From NCBI GenBank assembly GCA_013239625.1, contig MU054027.1, forward strand, positions 124,014 through 178,363: a stretch of 54,350 nt of DNA, written 5' to 3'. A program made the translations under genes and the position numbers. Shown here piece after piece: positions 1 through 12,127 of this stretch; position 1 is the first letter of the stretch, and every line of letters begins with the position of its first letter. The notes beneath the pieces were generated by a model that had not been told where the DNA came from, did no database searches, and saw nothing but the letters and a program-made list of their open reading frames with translations. The stretch comes from Lama guanicoe (lineage: Eukaryota).

Positions 1-229
1 GCTCCTGGGTGTGAGCTGGGGCCAGTCACTTCCCCTCCTTGGCCTTCATCACCCTTATCTGGAAAATGAGGCATGGCCTGAGGTTGCCAAAGATGGCTGG
101 AGTCTGATGCCAACCATGTAATATGTGCACAGACCCTTGATAGGGAGAGAGCGAGGGGGTCGGAAAGCAGAGTACAGCAGTGCCTGCTGCGGGCGGGGAT
201 GGCAGGGGCCCAGCGCAGTCCTCACATCC

Positions 230-349
230 CTCTATCCGGTACTTTCTGAGCTCGGGCCGGATGCCCACAGGCACAGACATGATGGGACCTCGGTCCACGT
301 CCACTGGACCATTGATGGGCGGCAGGTCGGCCTTCCCTGCTGGTCCAAT
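230..349 (-). pseudogene. OTOF: Isolated otoferlin exon (about human exon 27)
   Basis: Acceptor ccccatttcccag, then 120 nt encoding [40 protein letters not shown]. This matches recalled otoferlin [40 protein letters not shown]. The donor reads GG rather than GT, and the preceding OTOF exon is not recognisable upstream. Confidence 0.88.
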
Positions 350-1119
350 CTGGGAAATGGGGGACATAGTGTCCTAGCCTGGGGAGCCTGTGGAGAGCTC
401 CCTCTCCTGATGAGCTATTTGCCACGTGGCCTGGGTAGACAGGGAAAGCTCAACAGCCCGGGTTCCTAAGAACCACATCCTCAGCTTCCATCACAATGGA
501 CCTCACAGCAGGATGGTGAGGAGACTGGCCCCCACCCAGTCCCTTGTTCCCTGCAGCCCCACCTGCCAGAGCTGTGTGGCCAATGGGCTCTTCCCTTTGG
601 AGCAGAAGGCGAGACTCCTCCTCCTGCCAGGCCGTGGACAAGTTGTCCTAAGTGTCACAGGAGCAGGCACGAGTTGGGACAGGGGAATATTGGCCCTAAT
701 TGGAGCCTCCCCCTCCCCCACGTTCCAGGCCAGACAACCTGGCTGGCAGAGTGGGAAGAGCCTTCACTCCTGGCAACTCCGTGTCTCTGAGTTTTGATTC
801 TCCTATTTGTGAAAGGGGAGAATCCTTTCTGCCCTTTCTGCCTCACAGACTGGGTGTTAGGACCAAAGAGAAGAATCCATGCGGAAGGGCTCTAAGCTTG
901 AAGCCATCCCTGGCTTTGTCACCACCTTGAAGAGCGGTCCCACAAGCAGCTGGTGCTGAAAACTGTGGACATCTATGGGGCATAACCGCAGCCCGCATCT
1001 CAGAGCCCCTTGCCTCAGGCTGGGACAGGGAGGGGACAGCTCACTTCCTAATGTCGGCTCCGGTCCCAGTGCCTCCCCCAGCATCCTGCCTGCCCTCCCT
1101 GGAGGGCTCCGTCACACAC

Positions 1120-1227
1120 CGTGCAGTCCAGACACCGCTGCAGCAGCTGCTGGAGCTCCGTGTCCTGCCAGTTCTCTCTGGAGGCTGGTTTTCTACCAGC
1201 AGCTCCGCCCTCTGGGTCAGGAAGAGG
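1120..1227 (-). pseudogene. DRC1: DRC1 exon (about exon 16)
   Basis: LFLTQRAELLVEN, frameshift, QDTELQQLLQRCLDCT versus DRC1 [34 protein letters not shown]. Confidence 0.85.
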
Positions 1228-1601
1228 CTTTGAGCAGAAAAATCGGTTAGAGGCCCATTGGATCCTCCATCCTCCACCAAGTAGGAGCCAGAATCTCTGC
1301 AATTCTTTTCTGGTTGGAGGTGGAAGGGTACCCCAGAAGCCTCGCCCGGCAGAGCAGCCCTCCCGCACTGAAGAACCCAGGTGAGCTGGAACAGGACAGG
1401 GAGGGCAGTGTCAGTGGGCTCGCCCCCAACACTAGATCCCACCCCCAACCCCGTCTCCACAACAGGGATTGCCAAAGGCAGCTGTTCTCTCTAAGTGTCC
1501 ATGGGACAGGGAGGTGGCAAATGTGGCCACTCCAAGCACGATCCTCCTCCCACCGACCTGCCCGGCGCCCTCCTCCTCCGGGGCATAACATGCACACTTA
1601 C

Positions 1602-1745
1602 TGGCATTTCTCCAAGACCGTACATACAGCCGCCCAGAGGCTCTGCTTGGTGAGAGGGAGCACCATGCTCAGGGCCTTCCAGTACTCGGGGTCCTTTGAG
1701 TCATTGCATACGAGCTTCAGCAACTTCACTGGTACCCGGAGGGCC
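1602..1745 (-). pseudogene. DRC1: DRC1 exon (about exon 15)
   Basis: ALRVPVKLLKLVCNDSKDPEYWKALSMVLPLTKQSLWAAVCTVLEKC versus DRC1 [34 protein letters not shown]. 144 nt, donor gtaagt. Confidence 0.88.
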
Positions 1746-2849
1746 CTGAAGGTCGAGAGCACTGGCACGGTCGTCTTCACCTGCCTTCAGCCAGGTGCCC
1801 AAGCAGTGCCTGCCCCTCACGGACGTCCTGCTTTCCCACCTGTCACCTTCCCTCTCAGCTGTATGAGTTCAGCAGACTGTGGGGGAGATTCTCAGAAAGA
1901 ACACCTGCTTGTCATCAACGTTCCTGATTCCTGGCACCACTGTCACTTCTGTGCAAGCATCCTTGCAGCTTCACTCACCCTCTTTCTCTCACTCAGCCCT
2001 CACTGGCTTTACAGCTCATTACTCTGCCCATTTCCTCTGCAAATGAGCCAAAACAGCTCTCAAAATTTGTCATCTGCTCCCCACCTCCTCTTAGGACAGC
2101 CTTGATCCAGGAGAGCCCCTCCCACCCGGACAGACCTTCTGAATACTCTCCTTGCACCCAGCATCAGCCCTCTCCCTGCCACCAAAGACATCTTTCTAAA
2201 ACGCAAGTCTACTCGTGACAGTCCCGTGACTTAAGATCGTTTTCTGGCTCTGGTCCACTGAAGGGGGAAGATCAAGACCTTGGGCACTTTGGGGAAGGCT
2301 CTCAGGACCTGGCCTGGCTCCTCCAGCCAAGCTGGTCCCACTCCCCAGACCCTGACACTCCAGCCACACCTCCCTCCAGTCATGATTCTTGAACAAGGCC
2401 TTTCCCTGTGCTGTGACATCCTGAAAGGCCCTTTCCCCTACTTTGTCCACCTAGGAAAGCCCGGTTCTGGTACCATCCCCTCCTAAAGCCCTCTGTGACA
2501 TGCCAAATGGAGGTGACTGCTCCCTCCTCAGAGCACGTGACACCTCGTACATGCTTTGACACTATTCTGACCACAAGGCATGGTCCCCAAGAGGCCTGCA
2601 CACACAACAGACCCAACAAATGTTCACTGAATGAATCAATCCTGAGTGAAAACATGCAAATTACTTCTACATGCATGTCTTTCACTGTAACGTCCACAGA
2701 GTCCTCTTGCCTTCCTTCCAGGCACCCCTCCACTCACTCCCCCATGACCTAGCTCAGCAGCCTCCTCTCCCCTCGCTGGCGTCTGCTGGGCCGCGCATCC
2801 CAACCAGCTCCCCCACTTCTCGGGCAAGCCCTCCAGCCCCACAGCCCAC

Positions 2850-3049
2850 CTGGGCTTCCTCAGACCCATGACAAAGGCCTGCAGGATCTTGAGGACGTCA
2901 CTGGGCTGGATGAGCCTGGGAGAAGCGGGGGGCTCCTGCTCTTGTGGTTCCCTGACTCTCTCCCTGGAGGACCAGCTGCTCCACTGGCTCCGATGCTGAG
3001 GCCAGGCTTGTTTGCTCCTGCAGGGGTGACAGAGATGCCGGGGGCTGAT
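2850..3049 (-). pseudogene. DRC1: DRC1 exon (about exon 14)
   Basis: Ends EQEPPASPRLIQPSDVLKILQAFVMGLRKPR versus DRC1 [31 protein letters not shown]. Acceptor tgtccag, donor gtgggc. Confidence 0.88.
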
Positions 3050-3339
3050 CTGGACAAAGGTACAAGGGGTTTGTAGGTACACCTGCATGAGTACATGAAG
3101 ACAGACAGGAAGAGAAGAAATGGAGAAAAGTTTACAGAAGATTAGAGAACTTACAGCAAAGATGCAGAGGAGATCTTTACACAAGGGAAGAAACCACAAG
3201 GAGGAAGAGTGAGGAAGGAGGAAGAGTGAGGAAGAAGGAAGATGGGACCAGGGAGAGGCACATGGAGGGGCGTCTAAACAGGGATAATGTGCTATTTCTA
3301 AATCCGGATCACAGGTGTTCACTTTACTGACACTCGTAA

Positions 3340-4350
3340 CGCTTCCATGATATAAATATCATCAAATCATAATACAAATTAAATTTTATTTGAATTTTAA
3401 AATTTAAACAAGTATTCCTCCCCCTCCTGCCTCCCAGTTCGTTCTGTTTACCTCCCACGGGCAAACCAGTGTTATCCATGTCTTAGGCATCCTTCCAAAG
3501 AAATACATGTCCACAGAAGCACACAGTTTTCCTCCCCATTGTCACATGAATGATACTCTACTACAGACATAGGATAGTTCCACATGCCAGTAAACCTTAT
3601 AGAGCTTTTCACATAAGTATATACAGAATTTCTTTGTTCTTTTTTACACCTGTATAGTATTCCATGGTGCAGATGCCCCATATATTATTTAATCAAGTCT
3701 TTAATGATGGATTTTTAGGTCATTTCCAGTCTTCTGCTATTTCACATGATGCTGCAGTGAATTAGCTAGGACAAACACATCATTTCAACTGTACTGAGAT
3801 ATACAGAGAATAAAATCCTAGAAGAGGAATCACAGGGTCAAGTGTACTATACAGTTTGGTCATATGTCCTGCTAACCTCTTCTCTATGGAGGCTGCAACA
3901 ATTTACATTCACAGCAGCAAAGTATGAGCATGCTTACTTCCTAAACATCAGCCATCACTACATGTTACCAAACTTGGAGATTTTTGCCAACCTGACAGAA
4001 GAAATAGAATTTCAGCACTTTTAATTCACATTTCTCTTACAAGAAAGCTTGATGTATTTTCATATGTTAAAAAGTTATTTGTATTGTCTCTTCTAAAAGA
4101 TGTCTGTTCATATCCTTGGTGTGTTCCATTGAGTTGTGGGTCTTATACTTACTGGTTTATGTGAGTTCGTTATATGTGAAGGAAGTTAGCCCTTAACTCT
4201 GATGTGAATTAAAAATATTTCCCTCTCCTGTCATCGGTATCTTAACTTTGCTTCTAGTGATTTTTTCCCTATAGAATTTTTTTTCAAGCCAGTGAAATAT
4301 GTCCCTTTTTTTTTCTTTATGGCTTCTGGGTTTTGTCCATTCAGCCAACT
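3340..4350 (-). mobile_element. Old degraded LINE-1 fragment
   Basis: AT-rich block with antisense L1 3'/ORF2 motifs (tagtattccatggt, catttccagtct, tgtctgttcatatcctt). Boundaries approximate. Confidence 0.6.
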
Positions 4351-4502
4351 CTTTTTGGAAGCTTATGTACCCTGGGGCTAGCAATACTGAAAAATATTTT
4401 TTGAATTCAAGTTTTTAATTTTAAAATTAAAATTGTGTACTATTTTTAACATGATCGCATCCTCAGAATAGTCATTAGTTACAACAAAAAAGATAGGCAT
4501 TA

Positions 4503-4642
4503 GGGGAAGGATAGTGCTCAAGTGCTAGAGCACATGCTTAGCATGCATGTGGTCCTGAGGGCGATCCCCAGCCCCTCCTCTAAAAATAAATGAATAAATC
4601 AGCCTAATTACCTCCTCCCATGCACATATACACAAAAATGAG
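4503..4642 (+). mobile_element. tRNA-derived SINE (camelid type) with target-site duplication
   Basis: ggggaaggatagtgctcaagtgctagagcacatgcttagcatgcatgtggtcctgagggcgatcccca with an A-rich tail, flanked by aaagataggcatta / aaagacaggcatta. Confidence 0.8.
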
Positions 4643-4988
4643 AAAGACAGGCATTAAAAATGGGCCTTGCTCTGCAGGAAAGTGTTACAGATCAAAATAT
4701 TCAGGGCTTGGTCAGCCCAGGTTTCACGTGGCTGAGACCTGGCCCTGAGGGAGTCCCAGGAAAAGACCCCCTGGGCCTCGGCATAAGAACAGCATCTCAT
4801 CCCCAGCCCTCTTGCCCTTTGCAAATACAAAAACACTATGATAATGAGGGAAATGCTAAGTTAGCAGTCCCTGATATAAAACACTTGCTGTTTCTCTATG
4901 CCTCCAGAAGCAGTATTCAAAAGCAGTGATGTCTTCTCAGAACTTCCAGAACTTTTTATGCTCTCTTTCTCCTTGAGCTTCACCTTAC

Positions 4989-5064
4989 GTGGGGGGGAGG
5001 TGAGTGATGAGCTTGGCATGTGAGGAAGTTTAGACAAGTCATGTTCATTTTCAATCCCAAGGGC
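4989..5064 (-). pseudogene. DRC1: DRC1 exon (about exon 13)
   Basis: ALGIENEHDLSK, deletion, FLTCQAHHSPPPH versus DRC1 [28 protein letters not shown]. Acceptor catcag, donor gtaagg. Confidence 0.82.
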
Positions 5065-5374
5065 CTGATGGACAAGAGCAGAAGGATCGTTCAGACAACA
5101 AGGCAGCCAGTTCTCCAGAGCCAGGGTCACCAGACCCCCGCCCCCGCCCCTGAGAGCAGCAGGCGGAGCTGCTCCCCTCAGTTTCCCCAGCTCCCAGGGT
5201 CCCAGCAGAGAGGGGCCAGCAGAGGGAGGGGCGGGACAGGCGGCAGCTATGCGGCTCTGAGGCCCGTGTGCTTTGCGAGGAGAGCAGGTAAAGGGAAGGA
5301 GGACACGGTGGGTCCAGCGAAGCCCCAGGAGAGCCGTCCCACTGCCTGGGCTGAGGCAATGCTGGCAGATGCAC

Positions 5375-5461
5375 TGAGAAGGTGGCGCCCCCTCAGCAGG
5401 TAACACTTGCCCTTCTCCAGGGGCAGGAGAAGGCCCAGCAGCTTTTCCCCGTGAGGAGACC
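5375..5461 (-). pseudogene. DRC1: DRC1 exon (about exon 12)
   Basis: KLLGLLLPLEKGKCYLLR versus DRC1 KLLSLLLPLEQNECYLLR. Acceptor ctcctcag, GT donor, small indels. Confidence 0.85.
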
Positions 5462-5846
5462 CTGAGGAGAAGGAAGGCGGCACGTCCAGTCAGAGACAGG
5501 TTTCAGGACGAGTCCCCGGCTCCTCAGCCCCACTCTGGGTAACCAGCCACGCACGCCTCCGCAGAGCAGAACCGCAGGGCTGGCACTCTGGGGAGTGGGG
5601 TCCCCAGAGGAACATTATCCTGGGATGCCTAAGAGCCCCTCCCACGGACAAAGCCAGTCCTCGTGACAGATTTAGTTCCCGCCACCTCAGAAGGATGCTG
5701 CCTTGTCTCACCCACAAGCCACTGGACCACACTGGAGTGCCCGCCAGCCGTGCAGACCTGATCCAGTCATGGGTCCCCACTCACCCGTGTCACTCCATCG
5801 ATCACCCAGACACGCCTGCCCACTCTGCTGTCGGCCACCCTGTTTC

Positions 5847-5929
5847 CTCCTTGGCGCTGTGCGCCTGCAGGCTCGCTCCCACTTCTCATTACTGGTCAGC
5901 AGCTCTGGTCGCTGCACTTCTAATGCTTT
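5847..5929 (-). pseudogene. DRC1: DRC1 exon (about exon 5), both splice sites damaged
   Basis: KALEVQRPELLTSNEKWERA, frameshift, QAHSAKE versus DRC1 [29 protein letters not shown]. Acceptor reads AC, donor reads GA. Confidence 0.8.
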
Positions 5930-6824
5930 GTACGACCTGTCTGTTTGGATTAGACAGGACCCACTGCATCAAAGAACTCTCAGACAACAGCACAAGTGAC
6001 ACAAAGTCATATCCAAGTGCAGACTCGCCAAGTTTTGTGCAACATTAAGGAAGGAGCTGCCTGGAAACTGTTATGAAGTCTGTACATTAGGGGAAGGCCA
6101 GTGTCCTGCAGTCCCAGGGCCAGCCCTGGCGTGGAATTCAGCAGTGACCCGGGTTGGTGCCTTGCTCTGGCTGGGGTTCCCATGAAGCAAAGGCAGCATG
6201 GAGCTCGCGGAAGTGGGGCAGTGGATGGGGTGGGCCTGGGAAAGCAGAAATGGATCTATAGCTCTCCAAAGAGAGAGGCCCCACCATCTTGGCTCTTCCA
6301 GTTTGGAAAGGCCTGTCTCCATCTCAATCTTTAACATTTCATTCCAATTCAAAGTATTGGTTCCCGGGTCCTGTTTGGCCTGCCCCTTTCCCACCCTGCC
6401 CTGTCCCTGACTGTCATAAATCAGTCAAACAGCTCAGGAGGCCTGATGGGTCTGGAGCACTGATCTTCCCCCTCCACTCCTCTCACCTTACCCTGTTTTA
6501 TTTCCTTTCCAAGCACTTATCACCACCTGTCACATTATATACTGAGCCATTTATCTGGTTGTCTCCTCCTGGAATACAGGCTCCATTGAAAACTTTCTTT
6601 TGTCCGTGGCTGTATCTCCAGCCACTGGTCCATGCCTAGCACGTGATAGACACCGGACACGTATTTGTTGGAGCAGTGAATGAATGAGTGAGTGAGTGAA
6701 TGAGTAACTGAATGAATGAAACCCTAGAACAGGCACAGAAATCAGAAGACCAAGACATCTGGGGCCCTCCTTGGTTGTTAGGACAGAGCCAGCCTCCTCC
6801 CAGGGGCAGAGGGCAGCTCTCTCA

Positions 6825-6976
<152 letters not shown>

Positions 6977-7416
6977 CTAAAAGAGAGCATGTCAAAGGTC
7001 GGTCACCTGCTGACACAGAAGCAAGAGGCTGTGAAGCACACCCCACCTGGACCCATCCTGTCAGGCGGAGGGGGGCTCAGCTCAGGACAGACCCTCTCTG
7101 AGCAGCACAGGGTTCCTCCCCCTTGATGACCACTTGCTGCACATCTCCCTGCAGGGTCCCGGAAAGCTTAGAATCTTACGGTTGAGCAATGAATGCCCAG
7201 GTTCCAAGGTGGGAAAGCACCGACTGCAGACTAAGTTCCATTCCTCGGCTAAACACATAAAATCGGGAACAGCATTTGCTCTGACAGTACATCTTTCTAG
7301 CAGGTTGCCAACAATTCTAAAATGACTCCAGAGCTTTTTCTTCTGGTTAGAAGTGTACTGCCTGAGCCATTCCACCTGCGGGGTAACGATGTCAGACCTC
7401 CACCTTTTTCCATTCA

Positions 7417-7730
<314 letters not shown>

Positions 7731-7871
7731 CTACCCCGGCACTGCCTCCAGGTGCACCCGCTGCGAACCACCCTGGGCTCTGAGGGGTGTTCCTGTAGTT
7801 TAATACTGGACTAGAAGGAGCCGAGACCAAACAAACAAAGCAACACATAGAAACAGATCGACATTAAGGCT

Positions 7872-7872
<1 letters not shown>

Positions 7873-7915
<43 letters not shown>
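7873..7915 (+). repeat. (CA)n microsatellite
   Basis: About 21 perfect CA units. Confidence 0.95.
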
Positions 7916-7920
<5 letters not shown>

Positions 7921-9199
7921 AAGACCTAGCAATAGAAGCTTACATGCAAGCACAGTAATTAAGTAGCAGGTCTGATTTGCATTAGATACCAGAGAATGGT
8001 TTATCAATTTTTTTATTAGAGCATCTTAAGCAGGACTTCCTTGGTTTCCACTTGCTAAATAAAGTGAGAAATTTGAAAGTATAGGTTAAGTGTTTAATGC
8101 CCAGGGTGGGGTGGAGAATAAAACCATAATATTGAGAATATTTAGCTTGTTGTCATGTAAAAACACATTAAAAACATGTCTTGAATCATTTTTATTTGAC
8201 ACCCAAAGTGCTTTTTAAATTTAGGAATTAGAAATAAAGGTTAAACAAAAGTAGATTGCCAGGGCGTTCTTAAGCATTTTCATAGCACCCAATATGTTTT
8301 GGTTTTCCCCCTTCAGACATTTCTGATTTACCTTGATATATTCCAGAAATTGTCAACCATCAGCCAGTTCAGCAAACCTACATGATATACTTTGAATTTA
8401 ATGACTACATGATATAAATTTAATGGAAATGTCATTTATATTTCATGAAGTTTTTGACAAAGCTGTACAATATATCATTGCCATTAATATTATAGCATTT
8501 ATCAGATTTTTTCCAACATGATTCTTTGTTTTAATGCTTTTGTTTCTGAAGCTAAAATTGCCTTCACTTACTTTATACCTGAAAATAACTGCTTCCAATT
8601 TAATTCACAACATTTATGGAATCCCTATTACATGCTCCACGTGCGATACTCACCAAGAATCTTACTTATTGTAGGACATTATTATGGGAAATCACACAGT
8701 GTCTTTGATTTTCCTTATGTGCTTTGAAAGTGCAAATTATCTAGATAATCATAAAAATGACAAGCAGTTACTGAATCATCCTGTGCCAGGCATGGGAGCA
8801 AGCAGGGCATATCACTGAAGCTTGAATAGAGACCATCACGGGGGAACTACCGATATGTGCTGCCCCATTAATGAGGAAAGTGAGACCCAGAGTGAGCGAG
8901 TAACTTAGTGACACAGCTAGTAAGCGGTGGGCGTGACAGCTGAACCCAGGAAGGTTTACTCCAAACACTACCTTATTTCATTCTGCATTCTTTTTGTAAA
9001 TACAGAAAGACACACGTGAAAGAAAACTGTCTAAACGGTGGTTGCATAAAACAGACCGCTCAGTCCAGTCAGTGGTGGCTCCCGTGACCTGATGCGGGGT
9101 CTTAGGGCTGGGCTCGCTCCTCCTCCACTGTCATGCTGACACATGATGATTCCACATATAAGTGATACCATTTGTAATAATTTTTATCTTTTTATAATG

Positions 9200-9375
9200 T
9201 TTTTTAAAAATTTTATTTTATTGAGTTATAGTCAGTTTACCATGTTGTGTCAGTCTCCAGTGTAGAGCACAATTTTTCAGTTTAACATCAACATACATGT
9301 ATTCATTGACACAAACCGCAAAATCTTGTATATATTTCCCTGTGCTTTACAGTGTAGTCTTGTTTGTCTAATCTG
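9200..9375 (-). mobile_element. LINE-1 3' end fragment
   Basis: ttttattttattgagttatagtcagtttaccatgttgtgtcagtctccagtgtagagcacaattttt is the reverse complement of the L1 3' UTR type seen at 27.5-27.7 kb. Confidence 0.7.
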
Positions 9376-9639
9376 TATATGCCTGTGAGTATCTACAAAC
9401 TGTATTATATATTCCTGATATTAATCCTGTGTTTGTTATCTGTGATAGAATTGTCTTCTTAAAATATGTGATTTGTCTTTTAATTCTGTTTATGATGAAC
9501 CTGCAGTGTGAGACAAAAGGAAAAAAAAATTCAGGTCCAAAGGCAGCCCACCCCCACCCCATTCACCGGGAAAGCTGAGGGCAGGGCCCCTGTGTAAGCA
9601 GGAGAACTAGCAAGAGGCCCTCAGTGAGGGGATCGGGCC

Positions 9640-10700
9640 TTGGCACGTGGCCACTCAGCGCCAGGCCGGCCCCTCCCACGTCCCTCAGGCGCGGGACCGC
9701 GCGCGGCGCTCCCGGCGGGTGGCAGAGCCCCTCCCCCACCCCTAAAGCGTTCCCCGCAGGTGGAAGGTCAGCGGCCTCGCGGGAGAGGCGGCGGTTGCGC
9801 GCCCAACGGCTCGGGCTCTGTCTCGCCCCTCGGCCCACGCCCCTCCCGGGTCCCCGCCAAGGCCTCGCTCTTCAGTCGAGCCCCGCGCAGTGGACCCCGG
9901 CGCTCGGGCTGCTCTCCGAGCTCCCAGTCCACCCGGAGCAGCGCGCCGCCGCACCGCCGGAGTGCGGGCTCTGCCGGCCGAAGCCGCAGGCTGCTGAGGG
10001 GACTGCGGGCGCGCCCTCCCTGCCTGGCTCGCTTGCCGCCTCCCGCCGCCGGCGGGTGCGATGTGCCGCCGCCGCTGCTCTCGCCGCGGCTGATGCAGCC
10101 CCCGCCGGTGATGCAGACCCGCTGCTGCCCCGCGGCTTGCTCCCGCGGACGCTGCCTTCGCCGCCGCCGCCGCCGCCTCTGCCCCCGCCGCCGTCGGTGA
10201 CTGACGATCGGGCCGAGGAGCTCCGCTCGCGCCCGGGACCGACCCCGCTGCTGGCGGCCGCGCCTCTGAGGTAAAGTTCGCTCCACGTTGGGGTTGGTCG
10301 GCCCGGCCCGGCGGCAGCCTCGCGGCGCCGGCTCGCCCCTGCCCGGGTGTGGCCGGGCGGGCTGGGGTCCCGGGCTGGGTGCGGTGCGGCGGAGGGGGGG
10401 CAGCGCCGCCGGCGGCGGCCGCCAAGATGTGGGGCGAGGACCCCGCGGGCGGCGCGAGGCGCGGGAGGGAGGGCGCCACAGGCGGGGTTGGGGTGGAGGG
10501 CGCCGCGGGCTCCCGGGGCGGCGAGGGGGCCGCGGGCGGGCGGGCCGGGCTGGCGGCAGAAGTCGCCCCAGTGGTGCGAGTCGTGCGGCGGGAGTGGGGC
10601 CCGGGGCGAGGTGGGCGAGCTGGGAACCGGGCGGGCTTCTTCGGGGAGGGCTTGGCGGTGGGGAGCGCAGCCCCCAGCGCTGCCTCCTAGGCGGGGTCCG
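9640..10700. promoter_or_regulatory. CpG island / promoter of an unidentified gene
   Basis: About 1 kb of very high GC with dense CpG, GCC runs and GC boxes, flanked by AT-rich DNA. Confidence 0.9.
9960..10270 (+). other. Putative non-coding first exon (5' UTR) ending in a splice donor; start approximate
   Basis: GCC-repeat-rich UTR-like sequence ending CTGAG|gtaaag at 10270/10271. The ATGs at 10041 and about 10093 open only short ORFs. Confidence 0.55.
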
Positions 10701-11714
10701 GACAGTGCCCTTGGGAGTGGGCACTTTAGGCAGGAGGGAGGGAGCTAGTTATGTTTGTCTTCTACTTTGAAGTGAGCTGTATCCTTCATTTAAGATTAAA
10801 AAGTCAGTTGTTGATGTACAGTTTATTTATTTATTTATTAAACTTTAATTTATGAAATGGCCTTTTCTGCTTATGAGAGTGAGAGGATGTGTGTCTGTGT
10901 CTTTGGGTATGAGTGAATGTATGCTCATGTGTGTGCCTAAACTCTCAAAACTGAGCAATAGTGAAAGAAAAAAAGGGGGAAATATGTTCACATTTTGCAC
11001 AAAAACAAGTGATCAGCAGTGAGTTAGGGGTATGGGTGACTGATAATTTAGAGAACATTTAAACTTACGTTTTAAAAGGAAATTAAAATTATTCTTTCTA
11101 GGAGTGTGGCTCTGGGTATTGACAGATGCAAACCTTGCGAAGGGTGACATTGATGGTGTTTGTAAGTCAAACCTGGCAATGTGACTTAAAGTCTTTAGGT
11201 CTTTCATCTCAGGTATTAAAGTTACTTATGCAGGTGTGAGTACTTCTTGGTTGAACATGGATGCTGTGATTTTCACTTTCTGTTCTCTGATCCTACAGTG
11301 TGTGAAGTTTACTGCACTTGGAAGTGCATCCGGGCCGTGACGTGGAGTGTTTTTGGCTCCTGTCTAGATCTTTGTAATGAATGCTTTCCATGTGCTCTGT
11401 TATTTCTTGACGTGGTTGTATTTATGGACCTATTGGAGGATCCTTTGCCTCCAATTTGTATTACAAACTGTGCTGTTATTTTTGAATTAGACACAACACA
11501 CACTGAGTTCCTCCTAGGCGGGGTCACATTTGTACATCCTAGTTCCCTGGATTGGTAAGTGGAGATGACCACCCAGCTAACAATAGTAAGTGTGCTTTTA
11601 GGAAGAAGTCATGCAAAGTTTTGACTGAAGGAAATGTATCAATGAGAAAGGTTAATTCTAGAAGTTGTTCTCTTTTCTTTTAGGTAAAATTATACAAATA
11701 TCATCTTGAAAGGC

Positions 11715-12127
11715 TCTAGAACTGTATATTCTTGCCTCCTTTGTCAAAGCTTAGTTGACCAAAAGTTTGTGGGTTCATTTCTGGGCTCTCTATTCTGTTC
11801 CATTGGTCTATATGTCTGTTTTTGTACCAATACCATGTGTCTTGATGACTGTAGCTCTGTAGTATTGCTTGAAGTCTGAGAGTTATTCCTCCAGCCTTTC
11901 TTTCTCTTCAGTAATGCTTTGGCAATTCTAGGTCTTTGATGGTTCCATATAAATTATGATTTGTTCTAGTTCTGTGAAATATGCCCTGGGTAATTTGATA
12001 GGGATTTCATTAAATCTGTAGATTGCCTTGGGCAGTGTGACCATTTTAACAATATTGATTCTTCAAATCCAAGAGCATGGGATATCTTTCAGTTTTTTAA
12101 ATTCTTCTTTAATTTCCTTCATCAATG
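11715..12127 (-). mobile_element. LINE-1 ORF2 fragment
   Basis: Classic antisense ORF2 motifs: ttctgggctctctattctgttccattggtctatatgtctgtttttgtaccaataccatg and aatctgtagattgccttgggcagt. Confidence 0.85.

Noticed and set aside
1314..2105. 263-aa plus-strand ORF
   Set aside because: Non-ATG start, antisense to a DRC1 exon and its introns, and no recognisable protein features.
9563..10770. Long overlapping Pro/Arg/Gly/Ala-rich ORFs (up to 318 aa)
   Set aside because: Expected from stop-codon scarcity in a CpG island. They occur in nearly all frames and show no recognisable domain.
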